Positions 13,385 to 23,783 of a stretch of DNA of 51,689 nucleotides are shown piece by piece. The translations under genes were made by a program, and so were the position numbers. Positions within the stretch are counted from its first letter, which is position 1. Every line of letters begins with the position of its first letter. The notes under the pieces are model-generated. The model was given only the letters and a program-made list of their open reading frames with translations, was not told the origin of the DNA and ran no database searches. The DNA is from Trichonephila inaurata. Its lineage: Eukaryota. The stretch spans positions 138,155 through 189,843 of the forward strand of contig BMAV01009759.1 in the NCBI GenBank assembly GCA_019973955.1, read 5' to 3'.

Positions 13385-13660
13385 TTATCCAAAATTCCAC
13401 TCTCTATGGATAAAATTGACAAGTCCGATAATCTCTCCCACACCATAGTAGATTGCATGTAGTTTTCTTATAATTTTAAGTTTTGAAAAACTTCGTTCTC
13501 CAGTAGCCACCGAAACTGGCAGAGTTAAAGAAATCTCCAAAGCTATTGCAATATTTGGAAATGTATCGGTAAGATTGTTTTTATAAATATAATTTAAAAC
13601 ATCAATAGGTGACAAATCCTCTTTAGTAAAACATCGCAAAGATTTTATTTCTTTAAACAA
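13385..13660 (-). pseudogene. hAT-family transposase C-terminal (dimerisation, hATC) domain fragment
   Basis: Translation ...FPNIAIALEISLTLPVSVATGERSFSKLKIIR... matches the hAT C-terminal signature (SxPxTSAxSERxFS). It is truncated upstream by the gypsy LTR at 13842. Confidence 0.55.
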
Positions 13661-13841
13661 ATTTAATCCATCAATGTTCTTTTCATTAACATCTTTAGTA
13701 TTTTAATTTTTGATCTAACTCTTTAGAGTGTTTTAAAATTTCATTGTCTCTCCAGTTTTTTAAATTAGGTATATACTTGAAGTAACTGTAATGTTCTTTT
13801 AATTGACTGAATCTTTCAGTAAATGATGAAATAGCAGTATA

Positions 13842-14149
13842 TGACAATCCCTCATGTTGTGTTTACGTTTTATTGGAAATAAAGAAGGCTGTACAGGAAC
13901 AAATAATATTTAATTTACCACAACGCAAGGGGGTTACTCAATAAAACAACAACACACATCTATTAAAGTAGTTATAGAAGGGAAACAGGCGTTCCCTGAC
14001 TCGACGTGTAAACGACTTTTTTCGTGGGGGGGGGGGGGCCCGGGCAGGAGGGCGAGGGAAAAAGGGAATTCCCCTTCTCAGAAGAACAAGTGGTGCCCCC
14101 TGGCTGTCGCCAATCGTCAGGGAGGTAGTGTTTAAATGTAGTTGTTACA
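13842..14149 (-). repeat. 3' LTR of the gypsy element
   Basis: ~93% identical to 20200..20506. Differences cluster in a G-homopolymer tract and at CpG/TpG sites. Confidence 0.9.
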
Positions 14150-14159
14150 TTCTCCCCCT
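14150..14159 (-). other. Polypurine tract (AGGGGGAGAA) immediately upstream of the 3' LTR
   Basis: Appears as a polypyrimidine run ttctccccct on the + strand, directly abutting the LTR terminus. Confidence 0.6.
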
Positions 14160-14314
14160 ACACCGCCGAAGACCGTCTCGACGAGGGGGTGTACTCGCAG
14201 ACATGGCATTCTCTCCGGCAGTTCCTCTAGGAATCAATGGCTGTTTGCGTGGCCTTCCTCTTTTCTTGAGAGGTACTACAGGAGACTAGGTCTCTGTGCC
14301 ATTCAAAAAGGGTG

Positions 14315-15824
14315 TTAAAGCTGATGTAAGGTAGACACATAATCAGGTTTGTCACAACTGGCTACTACAAAGGTAGTGGGAGATCTCTGGGATAACACAA
14401 TGCATGACCCGTCTCTCCTAGGCATGAGTTTTGCACTCCTGTTCTGACTCGCTTTACTTAATGGGTGAAGTTTTACCCATACCAGATCATTAATTTTATA
14501 GCTAGGACATGGTCTACGTGATTTATCTGCATATGTTTTTTGACGATCTTGACTCATCTCAATGTTTTCTTTAATTTGTGTCATATATCCTTCAAAACGC
14601 TTTAAGTAGGGTGTAAATTCAGGCACAAAATTATCGTTGTGGATGACAGACCGTAGATCAGTATTTACTTGGTCCAAAGTTCGTAGCTCTCTGGCGAAGG
14701 TTAGGTATGCTGCCGTGTGATCTGTGGACTCACATTTTGCAGTATTCAGTGCAAACCTAATAGCTGGTAGCTTTTCAATCCATAATGTGTGGTTGTTACC
14801 TACCATCATCGCCAAGCGAGGTTTCAAATCCCTATTTTTCCTTTCGACTGGGTTTGTCTGTGAGTGATATACGGGAATGAGACTATGATTGATATCCAAG
14901 ACAAAACATAACTGTTGCATTACCGCACTCACAAATTGAGTCCCATTGTCACTTATTAGTCGACGGGGCACTCCGTATCTTAGGAAGACTTCATTTAGAA
15001 GTGTCATGGTATATTCTTTAGCAGTAGCTTGCTTTAATGGGAATAACTCCACCCATTTAGTGGTGTAATCCTCCACTATGAATATCCACTTCATACCTTC
15101 TGTCGTTTCTGGTAAAGGACCAAAAAGATCAATAGCTATGCTCTCAAATCGTTGAGCTGGAACAGGGGTCTGCAGAAGACCAGCAGGTTTCTCATTTGTG
15201 GCTTTGTATCTAGTGCACTCTGAGCAGCTTTTCACATAATCAGCAATAAATTTTCTCATACCAGTCCAGTAATATTTCGTGGAAATTCTAGAAAAGGTAC
15301 CATAATGTGCAGCGGTGGAAGCATCATGGTGCAATTTTAATATCTTCTCTCTCATGAGTATGGAAAACTAGTTGAGCTTCTTCAATTTCAGCATGAGGTG
15401 AGTACCAGTACAGTACTTCCTGATTCATCACGTACCCTCTCCCAGTCCAATTGGCAAAGTCAAATACCTTGTTGGGATTTTCAAAACAATCAATTATCTT
15501 TTTTAGCTCAAGATCCTTCAATTGTTCTGTTCTTAGCTCATTAGCAGTTCTTGTCGGAAAATCAATAATTATAGTTTTTAATTCGCAAATTTCCTCATCC
15601 CTAGACTCTGGCCTGGAAAGCATATCTGCAATAAAATTGCAGTTCCCTGGAAAATAGTCAATATTCAGATTGTAAGATTGTATTTGAAGTGCCCATCGGG
15701 CTAATCTTTCGGTTGGTGATGTTAAACTCATCAGCCACTTTAACGGTTGGTGGTCGGATGCCACTGTAATTTCTGCCCCTTCAATATATCCTCTAAATTT
15801 GTTTAAGGCCCAGACTACAGCCAA
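14315..15824 (-). CDS. gypsy pol: RNase H C-terminal part plus integrase (two overlapping ORFs joined by a frameshift near 15340)
   Basis: An ADMLSRP motif is followed by an HHCC zinc finger (HHDASTAAHYG...CSECTRYK). DDE-core residues are present (IAIDLFGPLPET, ISDNGTQF). Confidence 0.85.
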
Positions 15825-16257
15825 AGGCTTCTCGCTTTGTTGTGGAGTAATTTTTTTCAGCAGAACTCAAGAGTCTACTGGCATATTCTATTGGCTGTTC
15901 ATCGGCTGGGCTTTCTCCTTGTAACAGAACTGTGCCTAGGGCGTCACTGCTTGCATCCGTACGGATGATAAAAGGCTTTTTAGGATCAACTTGTCTCAAT
16001 ATTGGCGGGGTTATTAAACATTGTTTGAGGGTTTGAAAAGCTTGTTGCTCAATTTCACTCCATTCCCAAGCAGTACTTTTCTTTGTCAAGTTGCTGAGGG
16101 GTCTAGTAATATCTGAAAAATTCGGGATGAATTTTCTATACCATGAACAGGTCTGTAAAAATGACTGTAGCTGCTTTAGGTTTCTTGTGGAAGGAATGTT
16201 TTGTATCGCTGCAGTTTTATCCTGATCCACCTCTATTCCCTTAGGAGTTATCCACAA
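15793..16257 (-). CDS. gypsy pol: RT-connection/RNase H domain (frame-shifted relative to RT and IN)
   Basis: Contains GIEVDQDKTAAI and RTDASSDALGTVLLQ, typical of gypsy RNase H. Stop codons separate it from the RT ORF. Confidence 0.75.
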   Translation of the reverse strand: MWITPKGIEVDQDKTAAIQNIPSTRNLKQLQSFLQTCSWYRKFIPNFSDITRPLSNLTKKSTAWEWSEIEQQAFQTLKQCLITPPILRQVDPKKPFIIRTDASSDALGTVLLQGESPADEQPIEYASRLLSSAEKNYSTTKREAFGCSLGLKQI

Positions 16258-16313
16258 TCCAAGGTATTTTACACGAGAGCAGAAAGCTTACATTTTTCTT
16301 TGTTAGCACATAA

Positions 16314-17153
16314 TTAAAATTTTTTAAGTCTGTCAAAGACCATTCTTAAGTCTGCAATGTGTTGTTCGAACGTTTCAGACAACACAACGATATCGTCTAA
16401 ATACACCAGAATATTTACACTTGGCAATCCATTACGAAATTGGTCCATAAGACGCTGAAAGGTTGCTGGGGCATTGCGAAGTCCAAATGGCATTCTTTTG
16501 TACCTAAATATACCAAAAGGGCAAACGAATGCAGTCTTGTCCTGGTCCGCTGGATTGACCTCTACCTGATGATAACCGGATTTTAAGTCAAGGGTAGACA
16601 TAAAAGCAGTAGATTTAGCATCATGTAAAAGAACATCCATGAGGGGCAGTGGATATTTGTCAGGTATAGTAATCGCATTTAGTTTACGATAATCTATACA
16701 CAACCTAACAGTTCCATTAGACTTGGGCACTGAAACTACTGGGGCTGCGTATGGGGACTCGCATTCTTCTATAATATTATCAGCCAAAAGGTTATCGATT
16801 TCTTTCCTGTTTGGAGATAGTCTATAAGGTGCAGTTGAAACTGGTGGGTAGTCACCTGTGTTTATAAAGTGTTTTACGAATGGAGTTGGTTCTCCCCCTA
16901 GTCTGAAAACATCTTTACTTTCATTAAGCAGGACCATCAAATCATTTCTTTCTTCTACATTTAAGGCTTGTCCTTCTTCTCGCAAAAGGAGATCATTTGT
17001 CTCAGTTTCATCAACAGTGTTTCTATGTAATGGAACCTCACTGGAAATCGAATTTGTGGGGCAAGAACTACTATTTATTTCAACAGGACTGTCGTCTAAA
17101 GGTAAAGGAACATCTTTCGAAAAAAGGTATCCTGAAGATTGGCTTGTCACCAA
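16314..17153 (-). CDS. gypsy pol: reverse transcriptase domain
   Basis: Contains FGLRNAPATFQRLMD and the catalytic YLDDIVVLS (YxDD) motif. Confidence 0.85.
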   Translation of the reverse strand: MVTSQSSGYLFSKDVPLPLDDSPVEINSSSCPTNSISSEVPLHRNTVDETETNDLLLREEGQALNVEERNDLMVLLNESKDVFRLGGEPTPFVKHFINTGDYPPVSTAPYRLSPNRKEIDNLLADNIIEECESPYAAPVVSVPKSNGTVRLCIDYRKLNAITIPDKYPLPLMDVLLHDAKSTAFMSTLDLKSGYHQVEVNPADQDKTAFVCPFGIFRYKRMPFGLRNAPATFQRLMDQFRNGLPSVNILVYLDDIVVLSETFEQHIADLRMVFDRLKKF

Positions 17154-17400
17154 AGTACCAAAAATCGTTACGCATGTCCATTACGATTCCTGATGTCCTT
17201 AAAAAGTCAACACCTAGAAGAGTGTGGTTACCTTTCGCATGAGGCAAAAAAATTAAATCAATTTGGAAAGTTCGTCCACCTATGGTGATTGGTACCGTAG
17301 CTTTTCGAACAAGGGATGTGGATTGTTGGCCATCAGCTAGGCACATAGCAAGATGAAATTCTGAGAATTTTTGTCCATGATTTCTCAAGAATTTAAACAT
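17080..17400 (-). CDS. gypsy pol: aspartic protease region
   Basis: Contains FLPHAKGNHTLLGVDFL and lies downstream of the DTGAS motif. Its position between gag and RT fits a protease. Confidence 0.55.
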   Translation of the reverse strand: MFKFLRNHGQKFSEFHLAMCLADGQQSTSLVRKATVPITIGGRTFQIDLIFLPHAKGNHTLLGVDFLRTSGIVMDMRNDFWYFGDKPIFRIPFFERCSFTFRRQSC

Positions 17401-17418
17401 TAATTCTCCCCCGACTAA

Positions 17419-18651
17419 CTAGCTGGCTCCTGTATCAGCACAAACTGTGCCTGTAGCCTCATAGACTTCGATGTCAAGTAGAGCTACTGGGGAGGTAAGA
17501 GAAGTAAAAATCTGTATGGCGTTGACAGATGCACTCTCTGTTTTTTGTGAGCATTTTGGACATTTAGCTTTTATAAATCCAGGGTTGCCACAACCATAGC
17601 AAGAAATAGGTGGATTGCAACCAGTGTTGATATTTCGTGCTGGCATGTAGCTAGGATTAGCAAAAGTACTGTTGTGGTTACCCGAAACATTCTTTTCAAC
17701 TCTGAATGAGTGAGACTTTCTAAACTGCGGATTGCCTGTGTTCCTAGAAAACCGAGTATTTAGCTCTTGCGGTTTCGGGGGTTTTGTTGATTTTTGCGAA
17801 GAGGGTTTAACATTTTCGTATGAGTCCAGCTTCTCAGCTAACAGGATCATTCAGTTTTTCCTACGTGTCTGGGAAATGATTCTTGCAATCGGGTGGACAC
17901 CTTTTTGTTATTTGATCTGCTATTATGAGATCTTTTAAGGTTTCAAATGATTCGATTTCTAATTCGCTTAGCCAACCTTCGAAAAAGGTTCTTAGCTCGA
18001 AAAAGAAATCTTTCCAAGTGGAATGATCCTGTTTCTGATGTCGACAGAAAAGGACTTTGAAATGGTCAGTTGTCAGCTTAAACCTTTGTAATAAAATATT
18101 GCGAATGTGAGCATAATTCTTAAACATCTTTTCTGGTTCTCTTGCAATTAACCTGCCAATATCACTTGGAAGAATTCCAATTAAGTGTGATACCCAAAAA
18201 TCTGCAGGTACATTTAGACATTTAGGAGCTTCATTTGTCTTTCGAACATTGTTAAAAATAATGATATGTCATCTTTATCAGGAATGAATGTGGGCAAGAC
18301 TGTTTTTAAATCCAGCCTCATGGGGCTAGAATCCATTTGAGGGGAATCCACTACGGAAGCTGGAGGATTTTGTGCTTGTAATTTAAGCTTTTCAAGCTCA
18401 AATGCTCTTTGATCAGCTAGGCGCTTATCCTCCCGTTCTATTTTCTTTAAGGCTTCGACTTCAAGCGATTTACGTTCATCAATAATGTTATCGAGCATCT
18501 CTTTCACAAACTGCTCATTGTCCTGAAAGAATGTACATGAAGTAATTTTTTCGCGTAAGTCAATTATTTTATCCTCTAAAGTCACAGAGACTCGTAGCTC
18601 GCTTGCTAAATTATAGAGGCCTATTTTCTTGCCTTTTGAGAGAAAAGCCAT
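17419..18651 (-). pseudogene. gypsy gag (capsid/nucleocapsid) region, split by at least two frameshifts into three ORF pieces
   Basis: ORFs 18214..18651, 17861..18127 and 17419..17850 are consecutive but in different frames. A CCHC-like knuckle CYGCGNPGFIKAKCPKC is present. The protease motif LLDIEVYEATGTVCADTGAS sits at the C-terminal end. Confidence 0.7.
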
Positions 18652-19853
18652 ATTTGTCTTTTAAAATAAAACTAGATTCAGGTTTTAAAGTATACAGGAA
18701 GCTATAAGTTTTCCTAATAGCAATGGATACGTATTAACTAATCATTAAACAACTACCTTCCCTGTAGAGAAAACATAAAAAAAGAAAAATTTACAATAAA
18801 GGGAATAAACAAAACATATTTACAAAGTTCTTCAGAAAATCTAAATTAAATGCCATAAATTCAACTGTATATAAAATATAAAATTAATCACGAGTCACAA
18901 AAGCAAAAACTCCAATACGTATTTGTTAAACTGATAATATTTATAACATACACTCACACTATTTATAGATATAAAAGTACTTTTATCAAAATATAATTCG
19001 AAGCTTTTCGCAATAACACAGGATGTGACTCATGCAATTAAAAAAAATATATATTCTCAAGAAACGTAAACTTTAAAATCACCAAATAGAACTTTTTGAA
19101 AGCTATAAATATATCAGTTCATGAAATAAAGAGTAAAAATAGCTAAATCTGAAAACATAACATATATCAAAGTTTGATAATTAAATGAGGTTTCTCCCCT
19201 TCTGCTTGATAGCAGAAATTATCTTTTATTTCAATATTTAACTTTAAGAAAAAAAAAAAATATGTTCAACAGCTCCTTATAATAATAATAACCAAGAATT
19301 TCATCATTTACTCAATATAGCAATTATTTACAGCAAATTATTATATAGCAACTATTTAAAATGCACCAATACATATTTATCAATAATGTTATACCAGCTG
19401 CTTCTTCCTGAAAGCAGAAATGATCTTTCACTATTTAAATTTCAAAGTTATTTTCAACAGCAGATTGAAATAATTATAATTAAAAAAATTGCATTATTGA
19501 AACAAAATATACAAATACTAATATCTCAAGAAAGATAAATGATCATATTCCTCAATATTATTGTGCAAAAGATTTGTTACATCTACTCACAAATTTAATT
19601 TCCGTTTTCTTCTTCAAGTACAGGTGAAGATTTCAGTAACACATAATCTCGGATGAGATTGTTTTTTTGTTTCAAAATAGCAGATATCTCGTAAACATCA
19701 CTCGCGCACTTCAAAACGATATTGAATATATTTATATTTAACGTAAAATGTGTTACATATTTCTTAAGCACACCATTTTCTTGATCACGATGGTAATTTA
19801 AACACATAAATCAACACAATTTCACTTTGGATTATTTTCTTCACATAAAATCG

Positions 19854-20010
19854 AGCACTTTCACCTTAGTATCCGGATGATACTAAAACCGCTAGTTTTC
19901 CAACGAAAAGATGAGCACTTTCACGTTAGTATCAGGACGATACTGAAACTGATGATTTCAAGCACTTTCACGTTAGTATCAGGACGATACCAAACTGATG
20001 ATTTTCAGAT
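19854..20010 (-). repeat. Three tandem ~47-bp repeats in the gypsy leader, each with the palindromic core GTATCaggacGATAC
   Basis: The unit gcactttcacgttagtatcaggacgatactgaaactgatgatttcaa is visible three times, with small variants. Confidence 0.8.
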
Positions 20011-20178
20011 GCAATCAATCACTTGCACGTTGACTGTCGGGGCGACACACTAAAATTTCCATACACGTGGTCAGTTGTTCGAAGAAAAGCGTCATGTCCG
20101 CTCAAGGAAAACGTTGGTCAGCATTTCGGTGCCCTGGTCCAGCTTAAACGTTGGGCCAACATCTCGGATTCCGATCAA

Positions 20179-20196
20179 GCCCCACGTTTGGCGCTA
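20179..20196 (-). other. Primer binding site, tRNA-Lys type
   Basis: The reverse complement reads TAGCGCCAAACGTGGGGC. This matches the canonical tRNA-Lys(1,2) PBS TGGCGCCCAACGTGGGGC at 16 of 18 positions. It lies 3 nt downstream of the 5' LTR. Confidence 0.6.
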
Positions 20197-20199
20197 CTG

Positions 20200-20506
20200 T
20201 GACAATCCCTCATGTCGTGTCTACGTTTTATTGGAAATAAAGAAGGCTGTACAGGAACAAATAATATTTAATTTACCACAACACAAAGGGGTCACACAAT
20301 AAAACAAAAACACACATCTATTAAAGTAGTTATAGAAGGGAAATAGGCGTTCCCTGACTCGACGTGTAAACGACTTTTCCGGGGGGGGGGGGCGATCCAG
20401 GGCAAAAAGCGAGAGAAAAAGGGAATTCCCCTTCTCAGAAGAACAAGTGGTGCCCCCTGGCTGTCGCCAATCGTCAGGGAGGTAGTGTTTAAATGTAGTT
20501 GTTACA
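20200..20506 (-). repeat. 5' LTR of the gypsy element
   Basis: Direct repeat of 13842..14149. Ends in TG..CA when read in element orientation. Confidence 0.9.
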
Positions 20507-23005
20507 AGTATCTAATATTATATTGTAAAATTTAACCTTAAATTTTTGTCTTGGATTGTTGATTGGTTTGTTGGTTTTTCATCTTGAAATAGTTTCTTTT
20601 TAAACCTGTTTCGACTTTGTGGAAAATCAGTATCAGTATCAAAATTTGTTTTGCATAAATGAAAACAACCTGCAGAAACGAAAACAACAGTAAAGTAAAA
20701 TTAAAATAAAATTTCATTTTATTGCTTAGAAAATATAAAACACGTAAAATTGCAAGCGTATAGTTAACAACTTTTATCTAAGTAACATTAAATTAAAAAA
20801 CTATAAGTGTTATATAAATTTTGGCGCCCCCCCCTCCTGCCACAGGTACCCTTGTACGGTGAACAATTTTGCAACCCCCACGCATCAGCCCTGCATGAAT
20901 GATCCCAGAATTCAGTTTCCACTGAATAACTTCGGTGGATACGGGGTTTCATTTTGGAATTTACTTGAAACATATATATAAACAAATTAAAGGCCTACCG
21001 CAAAGTGAACCATCTAGCAATAGTTTAGGTTGTTTATTTATATTTATATTTTTTATGGAAAATAATATATTATGTACATTGATTGTTATCTGTTTAAATA
21101 TATAAATGATCTTGTAATTTTTTGTAAAAGTAGTGAGTTAATATCAAATATTATTTTTATCGTAATTATTTAAAGTTTAATCCAATTAGCAGCCAATTAC
21201 TACAGATTATCAGATACAACTTTACATATTATGGAACATAAATAAAACATAAATATTTTTGATAAAAAATGGATGCTTCTAATTTTAACATTATTAAAGT
21301 TTCATTTTGTAACAATAATATTCATATATTTATTTATTGTAATGTTATTTCGAATCGTTAACATTGTAATTTTGATTTGTTAATAAAGATAAATTAATAT
21401 AATAATTTATTAGATATTGTTCAGAACATGGTTACTCTATTAAAGTTTTTAAAACTTACATTTGTAATAAGTCTAAAGCTAGTTTCTATTAATTTACATC
21501 TTTATAACAATTATTTTATTTGATCATTTGTGTGTTTACCAGTAGACTTATTTGGAATTTATTTGAATTTTGTTGTTCATTACTTTTAGTTTTAGCACTT
21601 TTCGAAAAGAAAACTTATTTAGCTAGTTTTATATTTTGTTTTCATATTTTCTGTTTAACATACTGTACTTTTCATTCAATAATACCTTGGAACAGTTATT
21701 TCTTAAAATACAATCTTGTACTCTTCATTGTTTTAGATCTTTAAAGGGAAAATTTGTATACTACTTTTTATTACTTTTTGTACTTAGCGAATACAAATTA
21801 ATTTAAGCATTTTTAAATTTCTTACACCTTTCTAAATTAGATTAAATTTTTATGCTATAAGATTATGAAGATTTACATTATAGAAATTAATTTTAGTATT
21901 ACATTTTTTTCAAAACTGCATTTTTTCTTATCTTATTGCATTCCTGTAATATAGGCAGATAAAGTAGAAGGTTTGCACCTTAAAACTATATTTAACCCTG
22001 CAGTTTTAGTCCTATATTTGAGTTTTCTATGGTATTACTATGACTATTCTTCTTGAACCTGTACTGTTTTTTCTATATTCTTACATATTGTTCAACGTTG
22101 AGTTAAAGTTATTGTAACTTAGACAGCTATTATTATAGATTATTAAGGATTATACTATCTGCTCGTATTGCATATATTTTTTTAAATGCATGAAATTTGT
22201 TTATTTTGTGTTTTTTTTAAAAATTGTCCAAGAGAATTATTTCTTTATTATGAAAAACTGCAGAAATAATTATAATGCGAGAATATCGTGGAAATATTTC
22301 AATAAAACATATTGTATCCAAAAACAATTGTGTTGGAGTGATCTACACAAACTGTGTTGGTGATGATTTCAAATCTACTGTGAATTTTTTTCTGCTATAA
22401 AGATTACCATATTTTTCATGCTCTTCTGCAATACAGGAAATCTCTGAATAATTTTCTCTTGTGACTAATATCTATTGCAATAACAAAATTATCGAAGTGT
22501 CATACCTTTCAAATTGAATGTTCCCAATCAATCCCTCTAATTTGCATTACTTAATTTAAATGTAAATTTATTACATTAAAATTACTTGTTTCAAAATCAA
22601 ATATATTGCTTCAATTATAAATTAAAACTAGGCAAACTAAAATTATTGTCTCTGGTTGTAAAATAATGAAAATTTGTGTCCTTCATGATGTAAATAATTT
22701 TTAAATGCTTTTCAAACTCGTGAATCGTTTTCTATTGCATTATTGTATTTTTTTATCTTTTGGATTTCTGTATGGCATGAGGATACTTGTCTCTGTATTC
22801 CCAGCTGCATTACAAATTTAGAAAAAATGCATGTGTTCTGAACTGGATTCAGTGCTTTAAACTCGACATAAAATTAAGTTATGATTCATTTGAAACCCAC
22901 AACTGCCTCTATGAAGCATTCTTTTAGTATATTTAAATACAACTTTATCAAATTCTTATTACATTTTTTGTTGTATATCTATTAGGTGGAACTTTTTTTT
23001 TATAA

Positions 23006-23111
23006 AAATAAATTTATTTTTCCAGGTCTTGTAGAGTTGTGAATAGTGGAGCACATAGTGGTTCCATTACAGCTTTGAGTTTATTTAATAAAGATAAGAA
23101 TGTGTGGATTA
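23006..23111 (+). CDS. WD40-repeat protein gene, exon (follows an ~10.6-kb intron that contains the gypsy element)
   Basis: Acceptor ttttccAG, donor GTACGT. Translation (L)SCRVVNSGAHSGSITALSLFNKDKNVWIMSTGSDK, a WD motif ending in SGSDK. The phase completes the ct left over from the previous exon. Confidence 0.75.
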
Positions 23112-23217
23112 TGTCCACTGGAAGTGATAAAGTACGTATATAAAAGTATATATATATATATATATATATACTAAAACTTTTCATTATAAATAATCTTTAT
23201 TATGTTTTAATCTGCAG

Positions 23218-23322
23218 ATAATAAAATTATGGGAGATAGATTTTGAAGAAATAGTTATGAAGAAAGAATTTAATTCAAAACATAATGATATTGTAACCTG
23301 TTGCAAGTATTATGGCTCAGTG
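23218..23322 (+). CDS. WD40-repeat protein gene, exon
   Basis: Acceptor aatctgcAG, donor GTAAGT. Translation IIKLWEIDFEEIVMKKEFNSKHNDIVTCCKYYGSV (WD terminal I.LWE). 105 nt. Confidence 0.8.
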
Positions 23323-23461
23323 GTAAGTAATATTCAAATAAATTATTTAGTTAATGTTACTATGTATTTTGAATTGAAATTCGTAAATTATTTTAAACAA
23401 ATTTCAATTTTAAAAAACTTATTTCATAATAACAATACTGAATTTTAAAAACTATTTTAAG

Positions 23462-23572
23462 GGTTGGAGTTTTCTCTCTGGTTCCCATGACAATACTGTA
23501 CTTTTAGAATCTGAGCAACATCAATCCGTATTTGAAGGATTGAAAACTAGTGTCATAAGCATTGACTACTCA
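23462..23572 (+). CDS. WD40-repeat protein gene, exon
   Basis: Acceptor ctattttaAG, donor GTGAGT. Translation GWSFLSGSHDNTVLLESEQHQSVFEGLKTSVISIDYS (WD SGSHDNTV). 111 nt. Confidence 0.8.
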
Positions 23573-23656
23573 GTGAGTATCAAATGATTTGTATTGATTT
23601 TGAATATTGAAACTGATAAATTATATAGTTTAACCCTTTAAGAGACTTTTTTATAG

Positions 23657-23783
23657 GATAAATACATTGTTGGCTGTGGAATTGACGGTAGTATTGCATT
23701 ATGGTCTACTGACGGGAAGTTATTGAGCTATACCCCTGGAATCGAACAATCATCTGTTGTTTTATCTTTTAGGATTGAAAAAG
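23657..23783 (+). CDS. WD40-repeat protein gene, exon
   Basis: Acceptor ttttttatAG, donor GTAATA. Translation DKYIVGCGIDGSIALWSTDGKLLSYTPGIEQSSVVLSFRIEK (WD GxDGSIALW). Confidence 0.8.

Larger units (their letters stand above)
13842..20506 (-). mobile_element. Ty3/gypsy-family LTR retrotransposon, degenerate copy (gag-pro-RT-RH-IN), antisense to the host gene and lying in its intron
   Basis: 307/308-bp direct repeats at both ends (TGTAAC...TTGTCA in element orientation). A PBS lies 3 nt inside the 5' LTR and a PPT abuts the 3' LTR. The internal ORFs carry retroviral-type motifs. A 5-bp AGTAT direct repeat flanks the element (13836-13840 and 20507-20511). Confidence 0.92.

Noticed and set aside
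14315-14500. Possible chromodomain at the integrase C-terminus
   Set aside because: The C-terminal residues (…VLSQRSPTTFVVASCDKPDYVSTLHQL) do not show the aromatic-cage pattern I would expect. The evidence is insufficient.
19854-20010. Regularly spaced direct repeats that could superficially suggest a CRISPR-like array
   Set aside because: The window is eukaryotic, with spliceosomal introns, LTR and SINE elements. The repeats are contiguous tandem units inside a retrotransposon leader, not repeat-spacer architecture.
20075-20302. 75-aa ORF on the + strand
   Set aside because: It overlaps the PBS and 5' LTR of the gypsy element and is a chance reading frame.
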